Origin: Euryarchaeota archaeon UBA487
Lineage (GTDB): Archaea; Thermoplasmatota; Poseidoniia; Poseidoniales; Thalassarchaeaceae
Assembly (NCBI GenBank): GCA_002505695.1
Contig: DAVU01000020.1
Span: 5,976-69,975, forward strand
Direction: 5' to 3'
DNA length: 64,000 nt
This document shows, piece after piece, positions 45,235 through 55,508 of the stretch. Position 1 is the first letter of the stretch. Every line of letters starts with the position of its first letter. Under the pieces are notes generated by a model. It made no database searches, had not been told where the DNA came from, and saw only the letters and a program-made list of their open reading frames with translations. Both the position numbers and the translations under genes were made by a program.

Positions 45235-47181
45235 GTGTTCTTATTTTTACTCGGTGCGGCTTCTGTAAGTTTCTTTGCTTATCAAGTTCAAAAGGCCATA
45301 AGGTTAGTCCTCATCGGTGGGCCAGACCACAGAACAGATGCCTGGGCCAGCAGAGTTATGGAGGTAGCAACAGGTTGGCTCGGACAGAAAAGAGTGCTCG
45401 AAGAGAGGGTCGTCGGAATTCTGCACGTCCTGATGTTCTGGGGCTTCTTGATGCTCTCAAGCGACATGCTGGATCTTGCAACTGCCAATTGGTTCTCAGG
45501 CAGCCTCCTACCGAGTGCGTTGGTCGGACCTTGGAATGGGATGGTGGAGCTGGGATATGCATCGGCGCTAGTCGGTTGTGTTGCCGCTCTAGCCAGAAGG
45601 GTCGTATTCACACCCGAGAAGCTGAAAGGCAAGTCCCAATTGGAAGGCAATTTCATACTCCTACTAATCTTGACGATCACCTCCACCTCGTTCATAATTG
45701 AATCAGGGGAAGGGCCATCCAAGTTGTGGGAGCCACTAGGATACCTGGTTTCCGGAATTGGGTTGTCTCAAACCGTAATCATTGCTTCATATTGGATGCA
45801 CATGGTCGCAATCTGTAGTTTTCTGATTTTGATTCCGTTGTCAAAACACATGCACCTTGTGATGGCCCTCCCTAACGTATTCTTCTTTGATCGGACCCCG
45901 ATGGCGAAAATGCGTCCATTGGCTATTGGTGAGAACGGTCTTGCCGTGCCATTGGAGGACTTGGATATCGATACGTTTGGAGTGACTACCTACGACCAAT
46001 ACAGCTGGAGACAGCTGATTGACGGTTGGGCGTGTACATCCTGTGCTAGGTGCCAAGACGTCTGCCCGGCATACGAATCAGGGAAGACACTCAACCCGAT
46101 GCAAATTGTCCACGACGTGAGATCATTTGCAAACGAGCATGCCCCGATATTACTCACGGGGGACAAACCAGATGAGACAATGATGCAGCGGTTGACAGCA
46201 GATGCAGTGTGGGCATGCACAACCTGTCACGCCTGCGTGGATGCATGCCCACTATACATCGAACACGTGCCGAAATTGACTGACCTAAGACGCAATGCGA
46301 TGATGGAGACCATGGAGTATCCTGAACAACTCAATGTAGCGATGGGGAACTTAGAATCTGGTTCCAACCCGTATGGATTTGGAGCGCACGAGAGGGGCGA
46401 TTGGGCGAAAGACCTCGACATTAAAATCGGGGAGCCAGCAGAGTACATCTATTTCGTCGGATGTGCGGCGAGTTTCGATGAACGCAATCAAAAAGTTGCT
46501 CGTGCCACCATATCCCTGTTGAAGGAAGCTGGCCTGGATGTTGGGATACTGGGTATGCAAGAAGGTTGCTCAGGAGACCCCGCGAGGCGGGCTGGAAACG
46601 AATATCTATTCCAAATGCTTGCCGAATCGAATGTGTCCACCTTCCAAGAGTTGGGAGTAAAAAGAATCGTTGCCTCATGCCCGCACTGTTTTCACACACT
46701 CGGCAAAGAATACCCAGACTATGGAGCCGACGAACTCGAGGTGCTCCATCACTCCCAAATTCTTGCCAAGTTGCAAGATGAAGACAAGTTGCCGAAAATA
46801 GAGGAACGAGAGGACAACATAACCTTCCATGATCCTTGCTACCTAGGAAGAATAGGTGGAGAGACACGAGCGCCTCGCTCAGTCATCGGTGGCGTTGATG
46901 TGGAACCTGAGAGACATGGAACAGACTCATTCTGCTGCGGTGCTGGAGGTGCCCAGATGTGGATGGAGGAGGATGCCGACAAACGTGTAAACGTAATACG
47001 CGCCAAAGAATTAGCCGAAACAGGGGCTGACACAGTCGCCATAGGTTGTCCGTTCTGCTCTGTTATGGTCAAGGACGGGCTTGATTCAATAGGGTGCGAG
47101 ATGGATGTCAAGGATCTCGCAGAGATACTCTGGGAGAAGATTGTGGAAGACGAGAAACAATCAAACGAATTACCAGCATAG
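45235..47181 (+). CDS. membrane-bound Fe-S oxidoreductase: NarI/DsrM-like TM domain fused to 2x[4Fe-4S] ferredoxin and two CCG (HdrD/GlpC/DsrK-like) domains
   Basis: N-terminal TM helices with conserved His, CTSCARCQDVCP and CTTCHACVDACP clusters, FCCGAGG and CPFC / CPHC Cys-rich domains. GTG start. Confidence 0.8.
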   Translation: MFLFLLGAASVSFFAYQVQKAIRLVLIGGPDHRTDAWASRVMEVATGWLGQKRVLEERVVGILHVLMFWGFLMLSSDMLDLATANWFSGSLLPSALVGPWNGMVELGYASALVGCVAALARRVVFTPEKLKGKSQLEGNFILLLILTITSTSFIIESGEGPSKLWEPLGYLVSGIGLSQTVIIASYWMHMVAICSFLILIPLSKHMHLVMALPNVFFFDRTPMAKMRPLAIGENGLAVPLEDLDIDTFGVTTYDQYSWRQLIDGWACTSCARCQDVCPAYESGKTLNPMQIVHDVRSFANEHAPILLTGDKPDETMMQRLTADAVWACTTCHACVDACPLYIEHVPKLTDLRRNAMMETMEYPEQLNVAMGNLESGSNPYGFGAHERGDWAKDLDIKIGEPAEYIYFVGCAASFDERNQKVARATISLLKEAGLDVGILGMQEGCSGDPARRAGNEYLFQMLAESNVSTFQELGVKRIVASCPHCFHTLGKEYPDYGADELEVLHHSQILAKLQDEDKLPKIEEREDNITFHDPCYLGRIGGETRAPRSVIGGVDVEPERHGTDSFCCGAGGAQMWMEEDADKRVNVIRAKELAETGADTVAIGCPFCSVMVKDGLDSIGCEMDVKDLAEILWEKIVEDEKQSNELPA

Positions 47182-47295
47182 AATCCGAATCTAACAATCT
47201 ATCGATAATTCGGCCCCAGTTAGTGTGGGTCCCCACTAAATCAGAGTACTTCACTAACAGAGAGCCTGATAAATCGCGGGCCCTTCGTTGGTACC

Positions 47296-47694
47296 ATGAC
47301 CAATGATTTCAAACAATGGGGGATGACAATCCCGAACCTATCGAAAGCTTTCGGGGGCATTCTAGTTGTCTGGGGGGTATTCTCGTACCTCACCCAAACG
47401 TCTGACCCGCCATCGATCACAGCCTTGATTCCATCATTCATGGGGGCTCCCCTGTTCATCATGGGCACATTATCTGATTACAGCCCAACAAACAGACATC
47501 ATTTCATGCATGCTTCAATGGTAGTGGCACTTTTGATGGCGTTCGCAGGTGGGTCTAGGTTAGCAATAAGCTTCAGTGACATGTCGGGACTTGTTCTCAT
47601 CTCACATATACTGCTAACCACACTAGGTATAGCATTCCTATTCGCGGGCATCAAATCGTTCAGGCATGCAAGATTGAGTCGCGAGGGTGACTGA
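47296..47694 (+). CDS. hypothetical small membrane protein (4 TM)
   Basis: 132-aa hydrophobic ORF. Its stop overlaps the start of the next gene. Confidence 0.45.
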   Translation: MTNDFKQWGMTIPNLSKAFGGILVVWGVFSYLTQTSDPPSITALIPSFMGAPLFIMGTLSDYSPTNRHHFMHASMVVALLMAFAGGSRLAISFSDMSGLVLISHILLTTLGIAFLFAGIKSFRHARLSREGD

Positions 47695-48383
47695 TGAAAC
47701 CGAGGATAGGCGTAACGTCCTCTGTAAACAAGAGGGACTATGAGTCCGAAGATCGGGACGTAGTGATGCTTCCATGGAATTACCCGTCAATCATTGAGGA
47801 ATGTGGCGGAACCCCACTGATCCTATCCGAAGGTAGTGACCCGGAATCCGTCTTGGACGCTCTGGATGGGTTGATAATTGCTGGGGGGAGGGATGTCGAC
47901 CCATCGAATTACAACCAAGAATCTGCTCCAGAGACAACTGATACACGACTTTCTCAAGACCAGTGGGAAATTGCACTCATAAAAGAAGCAAAGAGAAGGA
48001 ACATCCCTGTTCTTGGGATATGCAGAGGGCATCAACTGATCGCTGTCGCCCATGGAGGGAGTTTGTATCAACATCTCCCGACTACATCTCCGTTTGAGAC
48101 GCATGGAGCATGGGGCGGGAATTGGTCTAAGCATGTGGTTGAAGTGATGAGTGGAACCTCATTATCTTCGATTTTGGATGGTCATTGCATTGTAAATTCA
48201 GCGCATCACCAAGGAGTCTCGGACCCCGGGACACTGACAATCAATGCAAGATCAGAGGACGGATTGATTGAAGGTTTGGAGGATGGTGAATCTGACTTCT
48301 TCATTTCCGTTCAATGGCACCCTGAGGCCTTGGGGCAGAAAGATCTGATCTCTGCCTTAGTGAACGCCTCCAACTCATCCTGA
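47694..48383 (+). CDS. peptidase C26 / class-I glutamine amidotransferase-like hydrolase (PuuD-like), copy 1
   Basis: GLIIAGGRDVDPSNY, GICRGHQL (Cys nucleophile), VQWHPE (His). Confidence 0.8.
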   Translation: MKPRIGVTSSVNKRDYESEDRDVVMLPWNYPSIIEECGGTPLILSEGSDPESVLDALDGLIIAGGRDVDPSNYNQESAPETTDTRLSQDQWEIALIKEAKRRNIPVLGICRGHQLIAVAHGGSLYQHLPTTSPFETHGAWGGNWSKHVVEVMSGTSLSSILDGHCIVNSAHHQGVSDPGTLTINARSEDGLIEGLEDGESDFFISVQWHPEALGQKDLISALVNASNSS

Positions 48384-48428
48384 CGACACGAGGGATTAGT
48401 TCATTGGCACTGGCCTGTAGGGGAGTGT

Positions 48429-49124
48429 ATGGGTCGGCCAATCATAGGGATCACCGCCCCCACTAGGCTCACTAAGTGGGGGCCTTGGGATATGGACGCC
48501 ACCGTGATGCCAGCAACCTATTCAATCGCCATTGTTCAATCCGGTGGCATACCAGTGATTCTTCCTCCTGATGATAGGATGCCAGATGTTATTCACGCAT
48601 TGGACGGTTTGGTGATATCAGGGGGTCCCGACATTGATCCGTCAATGTACGGTGCCGAACTTGACCCAAATACGCTCGATACCTATCCACTGCAGGACCA
48701 AAGAGAGAGAATGCTGATTGAGGCAGCGATTGAAACAGATTTGCCAATCCTTGGGATCTGCAGGGGTATGCAAATGATGTGCGTAGTAGAGGGAGGTCAC
48801 ATGCATCAACATTTACCCAACACCAGTGGCTATGAATCACATGGCTCGTGGAATGGGGGAGTTTCTGACCATCATGTTGAATTGGTCCCTGGGACTCTTG
48901 TCCACTCGGAATTGGGACCCAAAATTTCAGTGAATTCAACACATCATCAGGGGGTTGAAAACGCTGGTAGTCTAGTCGTCACTGGTAGAGCTTCCCACGA
49001 TGGTTTGATAGAAGCGGTTGAGAAACCCTCCCACAGGTTTTTCCACGGGGTTCAATGGCACCCAGAGAGGATAAATCAATTCCAAATGTACTCAGCACTG
49101 GTCAGAGCAGCGAGGGGTTCTTGA
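48429..49124 (+). CDS. peptidase C26 / class-I glutamine amidotransferase-like hydrolase (PuuD-like), copy 2
   Basis: GLVISGGPDIDPSMY, GICRGMQM, VQWHPE. Paralog of the preceding gene. Confidence 0.8.
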   Translation: MGRPIIGITAPTRLTKWGPWDMDATVMPATYSIAIVQSGGIPVILPPDDRMPDVIHALDGLVISGGPDIDPSMYGAELDPNTLDTYPLQDQRERMLIEAAIETDLPILGICRGMQMMCVVEGGHMHQHLPNTSGYESHGSWNGGVSDHHVELVPGTLVHSELGPKISVNSTHHQGVENAGSLVVTGRASHDGLIEAVEKPSHRFFHGVQWHPERINQFQMYSALVRAARGS

Positions 49125-49137
49125 CCGGTGTCCAGAG

Positions 49138-50580
49138 GTGAGTATTGTGACCTTGAGGCTATATGACACTGCTTCACGGCGAAAGAGAGAGATCTCTTAC
49201 TCTGGCGATGAGATCACTATATACGCATGCGGGATTACACCATATTCTCCTAGCCATATTGGTCATGCTCGCCAGGCCATCGCGTTTGACACACTAGTCA
49301 GATGGCTGAATTTTAACCAGATTGATACGAGGTATGTGACAAATTTCACTGATATATCAGATACGATTATTGATGCAGCGAAAGAAGAGGGAGTTGACTT
49401 CACAGAAATCTCAAACAGACACATAGATAGCTATGTTGAGTCCATGAAAGCGTTGAACGTCCGGAAAGCCGATGCTTATCCCCGAGTTACTGAAAGCATC
49501 GAGAGCATAATCAGCATGATTGAGAAATTAGTAGACAAAGGCAATGCATACGTTGCCGATGACGGGGTGTATTTCGAGATAGATACCGCCCCAGAGAAAT
49601 ATGGAGCGTTAACAGGCCAAACCCTCGAGATGGTCCGCTCTGGCGCGGGGGGGCGAGTCGACAAGACTGGTCTCGGGAAGAGAGATCACAGAGATTTTGC
49701 CCTTTGGAAATTCGCCAAGCCGGATGAACCCTCGTGGGAAAGTCCCTATGGTGCTGGTAGGCCGGGTTGGCACATAGAATGCTCAGCGATGGTATTCGAT
49801 CATTTTGGGGAGCAGGTTGACATTCATGGAGGAGGATCAGACCTCATGTTTCCGCATCACGAGGCAGAGATATTCCAATCAGAATGTTGCCATGGAATCA
49901 AGCCATTTGCACGGCATTGGATGCACAACGGAATGATAAACATCGACGGCGAAAAAATGTCGAAGTCGTTGGGCAATTTCTGGACGATAACTGAAGCAAT
50001 CGACGCAGTGGGAGCTTTAGTATTGAGGTATGCATTGATCAACGCTCCATACAGGCAACCTATTGATTTCAATCAGGTTCTCTTAGATGACGCCAAGAAA
50101 AATCACGCTAGGTTAATTGGCGCGATCATGGAAGCCGGCGGGCCAACGACAGCAGCATCCTGGGGGGGGAATGATATTCTGACGGAGGCAGAGAAAAAAT
50201 TGGTATCAGGAATGAATGACGATCTGAATACAAGAGTTGCCATCGCGGAAACTCAATCAGTGGTTAGAATACTCAATCGCGCGAATTCGGCCGGCGATGA
50301 ATCACTCTCCAACTCTTGTGTTGGATGGCTCTTGGAGTTTGCCGGAAATGTACTGGGAATCATACCAGATTCAGACTTCTTTGCAAACAAGATGGCCGAA
50401 AGGGATTCGAAAATCTCCAGCATTATGGACGAAGTAAAGGCATTGATCGAAAAAAGGGATATAGCCAGATCGACCAAGAACTGGGCAGAAGCCGATAACA
50501 TCAGGGATCAATTGTTGGGGTTGGGGGTATCCATTCAGGACACGCCCGATGGTACTAAATGGGATTATTCTGAGGTCTAA
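49138..50580 (+). CDS. cysS: cysteinyl-tRNA synthetase
   Basis: YACGITPYSPSHIGHAR (HIGH), WHIECS, HGGGSDLMFPHHEAE, KMSKSLGN. Confidence 0.93.
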   Translation: MSIVTLRLYDTASRRKREISYSGDEITIYACGITPYSPSHIGHARQAIAFDTLVRWLNFNQIDTRYVTNFTDISDTIIDAAKEEGVDFTEISNRHIDSYVESMKALNVRKADAYPRVTESIESIISMIEKLVDKGNAYVADDGVYFEIDTAPEKYGALTGQTLEMVRSGAGGRVDKTGLGKRDHRDFALWKFAKPDEPSWESPYGAGRPGWHIECSAMVFDHFGEQVDIHGGGSDLMFPHHEAEIFQSECCHGIKPFARHWMHNGMINIDGEKMSKSLGNFWTITEAIDAVGALVLRYALINAPYRQPIDFNQVLLDDAKKNHARLIGAIMEAGGPTTAASWGGNDILTEAEKKLVSGMNDDLNTRVAIAETQSVVRILNRANSAGDESLSNSCVGWLLEFAGNVLGIIPDSDFFANKMAERDSKISSIMDEVKALIEKRDIARSTKNWAEADNIRDQLLGLGVSIQDTPDGTKWDYSEV

Positions 50581-53192
50581 GCCCTTTTGTTCCAACTGGT
50601 GATAACAACCGTCGCAGAGCTGATTATCAGGCCGAGTAAACCAACCACTGCTATCCAATAAAGTGGCCCAGATATACCATTTTCCTCTGACAAGGACTCA
50701 GCAGCGGGAGGTTCTGTTGCTTCAGCTGGAGGAACATGGAAAGCCCAAGCATCCCTGCAAATTACGCCTTCGGGGGAGTTGTTCTCGGAGCAGAAATGAC
50801 TGGGAATGGCAATTGCACTGGAGATCTCGAGTTGACAGAAGTCTCCAGAACTAGTTTCCAGACAATCGCTTCCGTTAGTTGTCCAGATGTAGATCGAACC
50901 GCACACAAGTTGTCTGCCCTCTGGAACCTCCGGGACGCCCTCGACGCCGAGGATTGAAGAATCGGATCTGCACTCCTCTAGATGTATCCCCTTTGTGATT
51001 TCAACAGGATGTGGAACTGTAGCACTTATTGGACCATAGGTTTGAAGGATCTGAGGCAGTGAAAAATCCTGATTGTTATCCTCTGTCGGGACGACTTGGT
51101 TTGAGGAATTGGAATCCAAGGGCCCTGCCATGGAGACCGAACCCCCGGGCCTATGCCCATTGGAATCTAATGCGATGTCGTAATAGTCACCCCAAAGGTC
51201 GATGCTCCTCCCCATCTGGAATGTAATCGACCGGTTCAGCACGTCGAAATAACGCTCGTCCCCCATTGTAAAGAGGTGTTCCAACGGGACTGGTTTTCCT
51301 TCGTTGCATTCCCGAAGGTTTTCCATCATCTCGGAGTAATTTCGATTTGCGTCGGGTACTCCCTCATAGGTTATGTCAACTGCCTTAGAAAAGCCGGTGC
51401 CATGAATTATCTCAGGCTCATCCGTCATCAAATTCATTATGTCAACATCGCCATAGACCGGAAGCCCCCCTACAGTTACAAGTCTGACGTCTGGGTCAGT
51501 AGCAAGTATCACATTCCTGTATGGGTCTTGTACAAACGTGTCAAGGACCACAAGATCTGCCGCCAAGCCGGCCTTGATCCTTCCAGTGTAGTCAGACCAA
51601 CCAATTGCATCGACGATGTTTGTCGAGATGGCCTGGACTAACTCAAAATCTGTGAATGTATTTCCAAGGACGTTTCGATTCCACCAGTCTGCTGTCTTCA
51701 GTTCATGCATCGAGCTTTTCGATCCAGATGGACCCCAGTCTGGGCCGATCATGATGTTTACGCCCTCCTCCTTGGCAGAGGCTATGTCGGTTGTCTGGCC
51801 GTATAGAAGTAGGTTCGACGTGGGAGACCATGCTAGGCTTCCGCCCGCTTCGGCTAGCATAGAGAATTCTTGTTGAGTCAGGGCAGTTCCATGCACAATC
51901 ACAATTTCCCCAACGAGGAGATCATTCTGGACGAGAATGTCAAATTCGGCCCTGCTCGACTCGTCTATGCCTTCAGCGAGATGCAGGAACCATGCGTCCA
52001 AGGAACCAGACGAGTTGCCGGTCTTTATGTGGTTGCCCGAGTAATCAGATTCTAGCTCCGTGACCTTGGTGTGTATGAAATCTTTGTTGAAGTTGTAAAG
52101 TTCGATGTTTCTGGTTAATATCGAGTCAAATGAGTCTGTGTTTGTATTTGCACTTCCCTGAATGGCAGTGTTTCCACCAACAATAGCTCTCAATTCTGCG
52201 AATCGCATGGCCATTGGGTCTGAGATAGAACATCCGATATCCTTAGCATCTGAATACCCTGAATACGATTGCCATTGGTACCTGTTGTCCCATCCATCGG
52301 TACCATGATCCCATAGGGGGATCAAATTGTACTTCGCGTGGTTGTGTGGATCAATAAAACCGGGGTATATTGTCCCACTTGTCTGGATTACTGGTGCTCC
52401 AATTGCTTCTTCGGGAGGAGATTCACCGCTTTCCCACACCGCTGAGATAAGCCCGTCCGAAACCAGAATGTTCCCTTGTTCAAGTATGGAATCCTGCGAT
52501 TCCATTGTGACAACTCTACCTTGCAGCACATATGACCCCGAATGAGTGTCATCACGAACGGTGTAGCATGAACCCTGCAAATGGTTGGTACCCTGCCAAG
52601 GCTCACCATTCGGCCCCCCTGGGGTCGGGCCGGATTCTACTTCAGACCATGTTCCATCTGAATTCAATCCGAATGGTATCCCATACGATGAATTTCCAAT
52701 GTCGTAGTTAGAGTTCATCCAAGTTTCAGGCCCAAAGTACCCCACAGAGTCAACCACAGACCGTGAGCTGTCTGAGATTGTCACCACATCGCCCTCGAAG
52801 TAATCAAGTTCTATGCCCGTTTGAGCGCGAAAGAATGTGACGTAGTCTCCTGGTTGGACGACTGTCCCGAATCCTATTGAGCAGGATGGCGATCCATCAG
52901 AAACGGCATCATCGATCCACCATCCCCCGATGTCGACGGGGGATTCTCCGGAGTTGTATATCTCGATAAATTGATTTGAATAACGGCCTATTTCTCCATC
53001 CCCATTCCAATCGACTCCCCCATAATCAGCATTGTTTGGGGACACGTAGATTTCGGTGATTATGATGCCCTCTTGATGTTCTTCTGCTGTTGATGATATT
53101 GGCGAATAAATAAGTATCAACATCATAGCGAGCACTGCGGCTCTTGTTCTCATGGCTCCATGGGTTCGAACAAGGATATCAATCCACCTCAA
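50577..53192 (-). CDS. secreted, C-terminally anchored lamin-tail-domain (LTD) + amidohydrolase-fold protein
   Basis: LTD: IIITEIYVSPN...NQFIEIYNSGESPVDIGGWWIDD. Amidohydrolase metal motif YPGFIDPHNHAKYN. C-terminal TM LYWIAVVGLLGLIISSATVVI. The start may be Met at 53153. Confidence 0.7.
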   Translation of the reverse strand: MRWIDILVRTHGAMRTRAAVLAMMLILIYSPISSTAEEHQEGIIITEIYVSPNNADYGGVDWNGDGEIGRYSNQFIEIYNSGESPVDIGGWWIDDAVSDGSPSCSIGFGTVVQPGDYVTFFRAQTGIELDYFEGDVVTISDSSRSVVDSVGYFGPETWMNSNYDIGNSSYGIPFGLNSDGTWSEVESGPTPGGPNGEPWQGTNHLQGSCYTVRDDTHSGSYVLQGRVVTMESQDSILEQGNILVSDGLISAVWESGESPPEEAIGAPVIQTSGTIYPGFIDPHNHAKYNLIPLWDHGTDGWDNRYQWQSYSGYSDAKDIGCSISDPMAMRFAELRAIVGGNTAIQGSANTNTDSFDSILTRNIELYNFNKDFIHTKVTELESDYSGNHIKTGNSSGSLDAWFLHLAEGIDESSRAEFDILVQNDLLVGEIVIVHGTALTQQEFSMLAEAGGSLAWSPTSNLLLYGQTTDIASAKEEGVNIMIGPDWGPSGSKSSMHELKTADWWNRNVLGNTFTDFELVQAISTNIVDAIGWSDYTGRIKAGLAADLVVLDTFVQDPYRNVILATDPDVRLVTVGGLPVYGDVDIMNLMTDEPEIIHGTGFSKAVDITYEGVPDANRNYSEMMENLRECNEGKPVPLEHLFTMGDERYFDVLNRSITFQMGRSIDLWGDYYDIALDSNGHRPGGSVSMAGPLDSNSSNQVVPTEDNNQDFSLPQILQTYGPISATVPHPVEITKGIHLEECRSDSSILGVEGVPEVPEGRQLVCGSIYIWTTNGSDCLETSSGDFCQLEISSAIAIPSHFCSENNSPEGVICRDAWAFHVPPAEATEPPAAESLSEENGISGPLYWIAVVGLLGLIISSATVVITSWNKRA

Positions 53193-53256
53193 ACATATTT
53201 GATATTTTTATTTGAGCAACCAAATTTCCATATGATACCAACTGATCCTATGGTCG

Positions 53257-54660
53257 ATGAGCAAGTGGAGCGCGGCCCTCATACTATCCGGAATGGTTTT
53301 GTCCGGATGCATGGGACAGGGCTCTGACCAAACCGAAGCCAATGTCGAATGGAGTCAAGGGATGGTGCAGATTCCCCTTGACGGTCTAGACGATGTTCGA
53401 AATTTCTCAGTAGGCATAGCCTTTGAAAATCAAACGGTGGGGGAGTCCAACTGGGCTGTGTTTGGCAATGAGGAGGGGGGTAATTGTTGTGAGCACTACT
53501 TGGCTATGACAAAAGAGGGTTGGATCCTAAATTTTGGAGGGGAATATCCAACTTGGTCGGATGACAGAGGCAAGACGTGGCAGGAATACCAACCATCTGT
53601 TTTCTCACAACTAGGGTGCTTGGAGCCCAAACCCAATATTCCGGGCCAAGAAGGGCTGGGGGAGGGCAGCATAGTACAGGCGACCAATGGTGATTTAATC
53701 GCCATGGGATGGTTTCCATATCCGTCTGCATCTGGGGCTGACCAATTCTACGCTTTCTTCTACGACTCTGATGATGAGGAGTGGAGTTGGTGTTTCAACA
53801 GGACTCCAGAACCATTCTACGACCGATCCTGGCAGGTCGAGGTGATAGGGCCGATCAATGGGGGCATATACGGAAATGGAGCATATGCTAGTCTAGTCAT
53901 CTCAAACTTCTGGCATCAAGTGCAAAATGTGGGTGGCCAAATATCGACCGATGGATTGAACTACGACTATTTCAGTTTCCCAGATCGGGATTCTAACTTG
54001 GAGTCAATCGAGGTCGATCTTTTCCCGGGGCCCCTCGGCGTAGAATGGGATTACACGAAGCCACATAAGGAAATGAGGGCGTTTCCTGTACCATCTGGAG
54101 GGCTCTACTTTCCAAATTATTTCATCGATGGTAGCGATGCCTACTTGGACACCTCACTCAATTGGTGGACTGGTGTGACGTCACAAGGCGAGTCCCTGCC
54201 ATCCCAATATTGCGCTTTTGACTCAAGTGGCACGCTCCATTGTGTGGTAGCAGAGGGTGTCTCCCTAACTCACATGGTGTCAACAGACGGTGGCAATAAT
54301 TGGATCAACCAAACCTACGATCTCTCTGACAAGGCTACGGAATTGGAAGAATGGGAGTTCCACTCTAACGGAGTCCACGATCTATTCGTCCTTAATGTCA
54401 GGTATCAATCCTCAGATGGTCCCGACATCGATATCTCTTGGCATGTCAGAGGTTACTCGGATTCGCTGCTCCCGGACACATGGACCAGTCTCGGCCTAGG
54501 GGATCTCGACTCCACAAGTGGGGCTGGAAATGACATTCGTTTCGATTTCGCCTCCATGGGCATCCTTCCTGATGGTGGCTCAGTAATTGCTTATCACGAC
54601 TCTAGCGACCCTGATCCCTTGTTTGCAGTGGAGACCCTATTGCCCAACGAATATATTTAG
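53257..54660 (+). CDS. secreted lipobox protein with BNR/Asp-box repeats (sialidase-like beta-propeller candidate)
   Basis: Signal plus lipobox ALILSGMVLSGC. Asp-boxes SDDRGKTW and STDGGNNW. Confidence 0.6.
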   Translation: MSKWSAALILSGMVLSGCMGQGSDQTEANVEWSQGMVQIPLDGLDDVRNFSVGIAFENQTVGESNWAVFGNEEGGNCCEHYLAMTKEGWILNFGGEYPTWSDDRGKTWQEYQPSVFSQLGCLEPKPNIPGQEGLGEGSIVQATNGDLIAMGWFPYPSASGADQFYAFFYDSDDEEWSWCFNRTPEPFYDRSWQVEVIGPINGGIYGNGAYASLVISNFWHQVQNVGGQISTDGLNYDYFSFPDRDSNLESIEVDLFPGPLGVEWDYTKPHKEMRAFPVPSGGLYFPNYFIDGSDAYLDTSLNWWTGVTSQGESLPSQYCAFDSSGTLHCVVAEGVSLTHMVSTDGGNNWINQTYDLSDKATELEEWEFHSNGVHDLFVLNVRYQSSDGPDIDISWHVRGYSDSLLPDTWTSLGLGDLDSTSGAGNDIRFDFASMGILPDGGSVIAYHDSSDPDPLFAVETLLPNEYI

Positions 54661-54702
54661 CAGAAGTTGTAAGTACACGTCAAGAAAGGAAAGAGAGTTG
54701 TT

Positions 54703-55437
54703 TTGTCACTTGAATTGATTACTCTAATCGCTGTGGCTTCGTTCATTGCAGCGGCATTAACAGTCCCGGCTGGGTTTGGACTCTCCACCATACTCACGCC
54801 CCTCGTGCTCCTCATTATGCCGCCTCACGAGGCTATTGCGGTAGTGGCCTTTGTCCATGCCGCGCACAACGGGGCCAAAACCATCTCCATGTGGGAGAGC
54901 ATCGAGTTCTCAGCATTCAAGAGATATGGGACTTGGCTCGTGGCCGGTTCGGTATTGGGTGCTGGCTTGCAGAGCATGGTCCCACAAAGGCCATTGTTGG
55001 GCTTGATGGGAGTTTTCCTCGTGATCCTCCCCGTTCTGACGCTCTCGGAGACATGGACTGGATACAGGATTCCCGAGGCCAATGACAGGATCGGGGGATT
55101 CGGATCAGGTTTCATGGGAGGTCTGTCCGGGCATCAAGGAGCAATTCGAGCCATGTTTCTCTCAAGACGTCTGCCCGAGAAAATGGGGTATGCTGCGACT
55201 GCGAGTATCCTAGCATTATGTGTTGACCTCGCGAGGATCCCAGTCTACCTGATGTTCCGACCCGATGCAATCATTGGGGAGGTAGGCATCTCCTTGGTGC
55301 TGGTAATCTCTGCGATCCTGGGCGTCAGGCTTGGGAAAAAATGGCTTGAATCCCTGAAGTCGGCATTCATTCACAATTGCGTCACCTTGGGAATAATTCT
55401 CAGTGGATTTTACTACCTACATGCCGCTTTGAATTGA
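54703..55437 (+). CDS. TauE/SafE (DUF81) family membrane protein
   Basis: About 7 TM. FGSGFMGGLSGHQGAIRAMFL matches the DUF81 Gly-rich motif. TTG start. Confidence 0.7.
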   Translation: MSLELITLIAVASFIAAALTVPAGFGLSTILTPLVLLIMPPHEAIAVVAFVHAAHNGAKTISMWESIEFSAFKRYGTWLVAGSVLGAGLQSMVPQRPLLGLMGVFLVILPVLTLSETWTGYRIPEANDRIGGFGSGFMGGLSGHQGAIRAMFLSRRLPEKMGYAATASILALCVDLARIPVYLMFRPDAIIGEVGISLVLVISAILGVRLGKKWLESLKSAFIHNCVTLGIILSGFYYLHAALN

Positions 55438-55508
55438 TCTTATACCATTGATGTGCCACACCGCTTGAGGACTGTCGCATACTAAATACGAGAAGGGGGC
55501 GCGCCGGG

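Noticed and set aside
47220-47239. Hairpin ttagtg-tgggtccc-cactaa after the Fe-S oxidoreductase stop
   Set aside because: The stem is only 6 bp with no oligo-T tract. That is too weak to call a terminator or structured RNA.
53158-53175. gggttcgaa T-loop-like motif that could flag a tRNA
   Set aside because: No acceptor, D or anticodon stems can be drawn around it. It lies within the N-terminal coding region of the LTD-amidohydrolase gene.
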